The notes beneath the pieces are model-generated. The model made no database searches. It was not told the DNA's origin and saw only the letters and a program-made list of their open reading frames with translations. Both the position numbers and the translations under genes were made by a program. Positions 58,475 through 64,000 of a stretch of 64,000 bases of DNA are shown piece by piece. Source of the stretch: an uncultured candidate division Zixibacteria bacterium (GTDB taxonomy: Bacteria > Zixibacteria > MSB-5A5 > UBA10806 > 4484-95); NCBI GenBank assembly GCA_963668625.2, contig CAXXKA010000006.1, positions 832,001 through 896,000 of the forward strand, written 5' to 3'. Numbering within the stretch: position 1 is the first letter of the stretch; the number at the start of each line of letters is the position of its first letter.

Positions 58475-59254
58475 CTACAATTGTTTCGCGCCGGGGAGTT
58501 TTTCCATACCCTGTAAGAATGGTTTAAACAGATCTATAGGAATCGGGAAGACCGTGGTGGAATTCTTCTCTGCGGCGACCTCTACCAGTGTCTGTAGGAA
58601 TCGAAGCTGAATACCGACCGGGGTTTGACCGATCGTGCTGGCTGCCTGATGAATACGCTCGGCGGCCTGTACCTCGCCATCGGCGTGAATGACCTTGGCG
58701 CGACGTTCACGTTCTGCCTCGGCCTGGCGGGCGATAGCTCGTTGCATCTCCTGCGGCAGATCGACATTCTTGACCTCGACCACGCTGACTTTAACGCCCC
58801 ACGGCTCTGTTTGCATATCGATGATGTTTTGCAGTTCCTGGTTGATTTTATCACGTTCGCCGAGTAGCTCATCGAGTTCGACCTGTCCCAGCACCGAACG
58901 AAGAGTCGTTTGAGCTATCTGCGATGTAGCGTAGATATAATCCTCAACATCGACGATAGCCTTGTTAGCATCCATAACACGGAAATACGCTACCGCGTTA
59001 ACTTTCACCGTTACGTTGTCCTTGGTGATGATATCCTGAGGGGGGACATCCATAGGAACGGTACGCATCGAAACTTTCACCATTTTATCGATAATCGGTA
59101 TAAGGATAATCAGTCCCGGGCCTTTCGAGCCGATTAGCCGTCCCAGGCGAAACACCACGCCGCGTTCGTATTCACGAAGCACCTTGATTGCCTGACTTAA
59201 GAAAAATAGCACGAGAAAAACGATTATTATCATGCTATACAAACTCTGAGCCAT
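58475..59254 (-). CDS. SPFH/stomatin (slipin) protein
   Basis: [41 protein letters not shown]. Confidence 0.95.
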   Translation of the reverse strand: MAQSLYSMIIIVFLVLFFLSQAIKVLREYERGVVFRLGRLIGSKGPGLIILIPIIDKMVKVSMRTVPMDVPPQDIITKDNVTVKVNAVAYFRVMDANKAIVDVEDYIYATSQIAQTTLRSVLGQVELDELLGERDKINQELQNIIDMQTEPWGVKVSVVEVKNVDLPQEMQRAIARQAEAERERRAKVIHADGEVQAAERIHQAASTIGQTPVGIQLRFLQTLVEVAAEKNSTTVFPIPIDLFKPFLQGMEKLPGAKQL

Positions 59255-59265
59255 TGACTCCTCCT

Positions 59266-60618
59266 TTAATCTATTTTGTCAACTTTTAATCTCATACCAT
59301 CAACGCCGATTACTTTCACCCGTGTACCTTTAGGGTAATCCTCGGTGCTGAGCGCCTGCCAGTATTCGCCATGAACGAAAACCCGACCTTGGCCATCTTT
59401 CAAATCCATAACCGTAGCGATTTCGCCGGTTAAACCCTGATCACCGGTAGTTACCTGACGTTTCTGCGCCTTAAGAGCGAAATAGATGGCAAACAGGAAA
59501 AATGCCGAGGCGAATATCACAACCGGTATAATTACGGACATCGATATTTGCATATAGGGTACCTCAGAATCTATCAGCATCATGGAGCCCAATGTCAGGC
59601 TGATAACGCCGCCGATGGCAAGACCTCCATAACTGGTTACATATAACTCGAGTATAAAAAGCACAAGTGCCAGCGCCATTAGGGCGACACCGGCATAATT
59701 TATCGGTAATGTCTGGAATGCGAAGAACGCCAGAATCAAGCAGATACCGCCAACTACTCCGGGCAATATCGCGCCGGGATTGGAGAATTCGTAGTACAGC
59801 CCGAGCATGCCAATAGTCATCAGGATATAAGCGATATTGGGATTGGTGAGCACCTCGAGTATCTCATTTTGTAATCCTTTGTTTACCACTTCAACCCGGG
59901 CGTCTCTGGTGTTTAACACTATCTCACCCGATAGCACCTCGACTGTATCACCATCGATTTGCCCCAATAGTTCCTCGAGATCATCGGCAATATAGTTTAC
60001 CACGTTCATCTCCAGCGCCTCATACTCGGTAATCGAGGCCGACTCGCGAACAGCTTTCTCCGCCCACTCAACGTTTCGTTTGCGCTTGGTGGCCAGTGTC
60101 TTGATTTTAGCTACGGCGTCATTGGTGATTTTTTCGTTCAGGATGGAATCGACCTCGCCGCCACCGCCAACCGGATGAGCCGAGCCGATATTTGTCTGTG
60201 GCGCCATTGCCGCTAGATGGCAAGCATAAGTCATGTATACACCGGCCGAACCGGCACGCGATCCAGCGGGCGCGATATACATCACTATCGGTACCTCCGA
60301 GGCGAGAATCATTCGGTTTATCTCCCAGGTAGATTCTGTCAGGCCACCGGGGGTGTTCAGCTCGATAATCAGGGCATCGGCGTTATCGTCAGAGGACTGC
60401 TTGATCGCTTTTTCAAGTACGCGTATAGTAATCGGCCCGATAGCGCTGTCTATGGATATCAGCTTTACCATGCCGGGAGAATCCTGCTCGTTTTCGGGAG
60501 TCCTGGTAACCTCAGCGGAGTCGGTTTCAACGGCCAGCGTATCATCTTCAGCAGGGCATGATAGCGCCGCAAAGACAATTATCAATGAAATTGATAATAT
60601 CGTTTTTAAATAGCTCAT
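59266..60618 (-). CDS. nfeD: NfeD long form, ClpP-class membrane protease
   Basis: [22 protein letters not shown] domain and OB-fold [10 protein letters not shown]; adjacent to slipin. Confidence 0.92.
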   Translation of the reverse strand: MSYLKTILSISLIIVFAALSCPAEDDTLAVETDSAEVTRTPENEQDSPGMVKLISIDSAIGPITIRVLEKAIKQSSDDNADALIIELNTPGGLTESTWEINRMILASEVPIVMYIAPAGSRAGSAGVYMTYACHLAAMAPQTNIGSAHPVGGGGEVDSILNEKITNDAVAKIKTLATKRKRNVEWAEKAVRESASITEYEALEMNVVNYIADDLEELLGQIDGDTVEVLSGEIVLNTRDARVEVVNKGLQNEILEVLTNPNIAYILMTIGMLGLYYEFSNPGAILPGVVGGICLILAFFAFQTLPINYAGVALMALALVLFILELYVTSYGGLAIGGVISLTLGSMMLIDSEVPYMQISMSVIIPVVIFASAFFLFAIYFALKAQKRQVTTGDQGLTGEIATVMDLKDGQGRVFVHGEYWQALSTEDYPKGTRVKVIGVDGMRLKVDKID

Positions 60619-61067
60619 CTGTAACACTCCATCTGTTTTATACACAGATATTGTAGTTCACGCCTGATATAGTGTCAATATAATTTACAATATATCAATC
60701 GGACAAGTTTCCTGTTTGTGAAGTTAAATATCATTATATTCAATAAGTTATCGTCAGCGATTGATGGTTTAATCAATCGCCGGCATCAAATTAGTCAGCG
60801 AAAATACCAATACACCAGTGTCTGGCTTTTTGTATTATTGGCTGAAAAAGTCTCCCGGATGTCGAATCTGCCGGCCACGGAATTTCTATTTTTAAAACCT
60901 GTATGGAAGGATATCAAAACGAAGTTCATAGAATACGGTGGGTTACAAAATCGTAGTATTAGATCCTTGCCTGCACTTTAAGATTTCAGACCATCACTAA
61001 GTTCACATTAAGTCCGGAGCTGGAAACCTGAAATTATAACTTTACTTGATTAGCAGCCGGCTCAGAT

Positions 61068-61104
61068 AAAAAAAACGCCAAGCAGGCAGGCCGCTTAGCG
61101 GTTT
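61068..61104 (-). terminator. probable terminator of the ECF operon
   Basis: Imperfect stem CGCCAAGC/GCTTAGCG with an A-run on the + strand. Confidence 0.45.
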
Positions 61105-61155
61105 TGGGTAAGACAGCAGACTAATGTCTGCGACTACGTTATATGTTAAGCGACT

Positions 61156-61752
61156 CTAAAAGTCCTCTATTTCGACGAATTCATTGTCAGCCTCGAGATC
61201 CTCGTTCATGATAGAGCTTTGTCCGCCTGTACCATCACGTCGACAATCAAAACGTTTGCCTCGTTCCGGGCCGTTGTTATTCCGGCAGCCATCATAACCG
61301 CGCAGACCGGGGCCTCTGCCTTGCCCATATCTCGGACCACCATTGCCATGCCCATATCTCGGACCACCATATCCGCGGAATTTCATTGATTCATTAGCTT
61401 TAGCTCGCTGTTCGGCGGTAAGGATGTTCATACGATCGATTCTCTTTTCGAGCCTGGTTTTAGCCATCTTTGCCTTGATCGCGGAGACCTCATCGCTCTT
61501 TTTCATGATTTTAGCTTTATCGAGGTTATCGGCCATCATCATTTCGTGAAGTTCGAGCTTAGCCAATTCCAGGTCAGCTCTGTTTCGTATCATCTCCTTG
61601 CGCTCATCGAGTGAAAGCGCTTTAATCTGATCCACCTGCTGGTCGGTTAACTCGAGATCTTCCGCGTGGCGTAACAGATCACAATGTTGTGCCAGCGAGA
61701 CCGCCGGGATCATCAAAACGAATACTGCTAAAGTTGCTAAGATTTTTCTCAT
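61156..61752 (-). CDS. Spy/CpxP-family periplasmic protein
   Basis: Signal peptide; LELTDQQ and ILTAEQ (LTxxQ motifs); Gly/Arg-rich tail with a GGPRYG repeat. Confidence 0.82.
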   Translation of the reverse strand: MRKILATLAVFVLMIPAVSLAQHCDLLRHAEDLELTDQQVDQIKALSLDERKEMIRNRADLELAKLELHEMMMADNLDKAKIMKKSDEVSAIKAKMAKTRLEKRIDRMNILTAEQRAKANESMKFRGYGGPRYGHGNGGPRYGQGRGPGLRGYDGCRNNNGPERGKRFDCRRDGTGGQSSIMNEDLEADNEFVEIEDF

Positions 61753-61779
61753 TCTAATCACTCCTTATTAATTGTTGTT

Positions 61780-62304
61780 TCAGTCGTTAGAGTTCCGTCT
61801 ATGGAAACCGCCATTGTGCTTTTCACGACGGGCATCTCTGATTATTTCGCGCATCTGATGCATGAATTGCATTTCGAAAACATACAGGATGCCTATCTGT
61901 TTGACAGATAGAACGCCTTCCAGTTCTTTTCTGAACCTGGCTCTTTTATCTTTGATTCTGCTGTCAAACTCATCCAGCTTATCGAGTAGTTTCGTGATCT
62001 CTTTGTCATCCGTTTTTTCCTGCTCGGTAATACTTTTGAGTTCTTTCATCAATTTCATGCGCTCACCTTCCATATTTCTGCGGTTCTCATCGAACTCGTT
62101 GTAAATAGGGAAGAACGCCTGAGACTGCTCTGAGGTCAAATTCAGTTCCTCTGTCAGTTTCCATATTTTTACGGTCTTGATCCGATTCTCGATTTGCTCC
62201 CGCTTCGGGCCCATCGGCGGTGGCTCATCGAAAAATTCCTGAGCTGAGGCCAGGGAAAAAAGACCTAACATGATTGCTATCGTAATTATCTTTATCGATT
62301 TCAT
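61780..62304 (-). CDS. exported helical protein, Spy-like/anti-anti-sigma accessory
   Basis: Signal peptide; LTEELNLTSEQ..FFPIYNEF, VLSVKQ. Confidence 0.7.
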   Translation of the reverse strand: MKSIKIITIAIMLGLFSLASAQEFFDEPPPMGPKREQIENRIKTVKIWKLTEELNLTSEQSQAFFPIYNEFDENRRNMEGERMKLMKELKSITEQEKTDDKEITKLLDKLDEFDSRIKDKRARFRKELEGVLSVKQIGILYVFEMQFMHQMREIIRDARREKHNGGFHRRNSND

Positions 62305-62307
62305 CGC

Positions 62308-62928
62308 TTACCCCGCGTTACTTAAAAGTTCCTGAAGTTTCTCATCCAATATTTCCAGGCTCTCCTCGGACATCGTACTGATATCGATAGAGTTCTCCGA
62401 AAAAAGTCCACCACCACTGTTTAATTGTTCGTCATATACGTCAAGAGCGTCACTGTCGTCATCACTAAAAAAGTTGCTTAAAATATCCGAATACGTATCC
62501 TCGGTATAGACCGTATCACCGGTCGGGTAAATATAATCAGATGACAGCAGTGAGTATTCGAGATTGCTGCTTTCGTATTCGGCTACGGTATAGGCTGGCC
62601 TGTATATCGGAGGCCTGATTATGACCAGTCCAAACAGGATAACAGCGACTGCCGCCGACGCGAATCTTTTCAGCCAGCCAGTCAACGGAATCCGCTGTTT
62701 GCTTTCGATTTTTTCCCATACGCCCGGCAGGAAATCGGCCAGTTCGTAAGGATCGATTGCCGGATCGGGCTCTTTCGCCAGAAGGGATATCAGGGAGTAG
62801 TGCTCATTGTATTCGGCGGCGCACGAATCGCATGAAGCGATATGCGAATCCATCGATATTACCATATCCTGATCCAATTTACCTCGGCAGTAATCATCGA
62901 GGTGGTCTCTAAAGTCAGGGCATCTCAT
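62308..62928 (-). CDS. membrane-anchored zf-HC2 anti-sigma factor
   Basis: C...HIASCDSC (Hx3Cx2C), one TM, acidic extracytoplasmic tail. Confidence 0.85.
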   Translation of the reverse strand: MRCPDFRDHLDDYCRGKLDQDMVISMDSHIASCDSCAAEYNEHYSLISLLAKEPDPAIDPYELADFLPGVWEKIESKQRIPLTGWLKRFASAAVAVILFGLVIIRPPIYRPAYTVAEYESSNLEYSLLSSDYIYPTGDTVYTEDTYSDILSNFFSDDDSDALDVYDEQLNSGGGLFSENSIDISTMSEESLEILDEKLQELLSNAG

Positions 62929-63470
62929 GAGATTTCCCTCCCGTCTGCTAAATGTATCCTCAAGGAGGCCTTAAGTTTCTGTACCGCTTGATGGTAATTC
63001 GCTTTAACCGCGCCCTCGGTGATTTTTAGTATCTGAGCAATCTCGGCGTGGGCTTTTTCCTCGTAATGACGCAGAACGAATACGGTTCTCTGGCGAGCCG
63101 GTAGTTGATCAATAGCCTCGGCGATTGCATCTCCGAGTTCCTCCTGTTCGATATGATCTGTAGGAGTTTTCGAGAAGTTGGCAGGGGAGACATCCTCGAT
63201 TGATTCGGCGTGGCGCTCTTTATTACGATTCACGTAATTTAACGCGAGATTAACCGCAATCCGATAGACCCAGGTATAGAACGCCGACTCACCTCGAAAA
63301 GAGTGACGGTTCTTGTAGGCTTTCACGAAAGCCTCCTGCGCCAGGTCTCTGGCCTCCTCATTATTTCTGACAATCCGTAACACTACCAGGTAAATCCTTT
63401 CCTTGTACTTATTAACGAGCTCGCCAAAAGCCCGATCATCTGTAATGTCGTATTCATTCTGCCTGTCCAT
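62925..63470 (-). CDS. ECF sigma factor
   Basis: DLAQEAFVKAY, FYTWVYRIAVN, LPARQRTVFVLR, EIAQILKITEGAVK. Confidence 0.93.
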   Translation of the reverse strand: MDRQNEYDITDDRAFGELVNKYKERIYLVVLRIVRNNEEARDLAQEAFVKAYKNRHSFRGESAFYTWVYRIAVNLALNYVNRNKERHAESIEDVSPANFSKTPTDHIEQEELGDAIAEAIDQLPARQRTVFVLRHYEEKAHAEIAQILKITEGAVKANYHQAVQKLKASLRIHLADGREIS

Positions 63471-64000
63471 CTTACCCTTTTCATAACTTTAGACACAATG
63501 GTCTGTCAATGGTTTAATTGTGGCATCTTCATACCTAACATCTTTGACAATAATAGGTTTAATATTTACAATGGTTGATTGATACAATTTTGGATGTCTT
63601 CTGTTATAATTATTCAAGTGGCTCGTGTCCATAATATTTATGCACTGATAGCGACAGTTTTTATCGACATCTTTTAATATTAGCAATCTGTTTGGCCATC
63701 ACTACTTGACAATACACTAATAATACTAAATTAACTACATAATAAGCGTTCTTGTCTTTTCGTACAATATCTCTAAGGATAATTAAATAGTTTGATGATA
63801 AAAACATCTACCAATGTTAAAACTATACTTAATGGGAAATTATATCAAGCTAATAGTTATAATTCGTTCCATAATTATATAATATCTTAAAATGGTTTCA
63901 TTTATGTCAAAATCATAGTACATTAGTTGCTGTACTAAAATCATAGATACCAGCTCAGGAGGGAAAGATGAGATTGTTGTACGGCTTATTCGTTTGTTTG

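Noticed and set aside
61323-61372. 27-bp period repeat
   Set aside because: Simply encodes the low-complexity GGPRYG tail of the Spy-like protein
63489-64000. AT-rich end region with a 65-aa ORF
   Set aside because: No RBS or motif support; likely promoter/intergenic DNA

Overview
Bacterial chromosomal window, probably from an anaerobic sediment-type organism. The FlgD-Ig-tailed S8 protease, RprY-like TCS and Qmo/Dsr genes suggest FCB-group/Zixibacteria-like affinity (inference only). Bases 1-4.85 kb are an AT-rich accessory patch: a possible toxin C-terminus/immunity pair, a decayed IS21, a 4-gene cassette (YfbU plus three orphan membrane-anchored proteins) bracketed by 78-bp direct repeats, and an IS3-like remnant. 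Next come an OmpR-type TCS divergent from a PDZ/NEW3/ABC operon and a divergent tdk-upp pair among REP/MITE-like repeats. The most striking locus is a qmoABC-dsrJOP operon with no aprAB or dsrMK in the window, followed by a TCS. The rest holds c-di-GMP enzymes, a nagZ-anmK-spoIID cluster, two ECF sigma/anti-sigma pairs, sucC/sucD split by a PrcB-like gene and a decaying MNT-HEPN module, a 1837-aa ~12-PAS LuxR protein, rocD, comEA-pilM-like-rsmD-coaD, a tandem DsrC-like protein lacking the terminal Cys, and nfeD-slipin. No rRNA, tRNA or CRISPR array was seen. All family assignments rest on motif recognition, not database searches.
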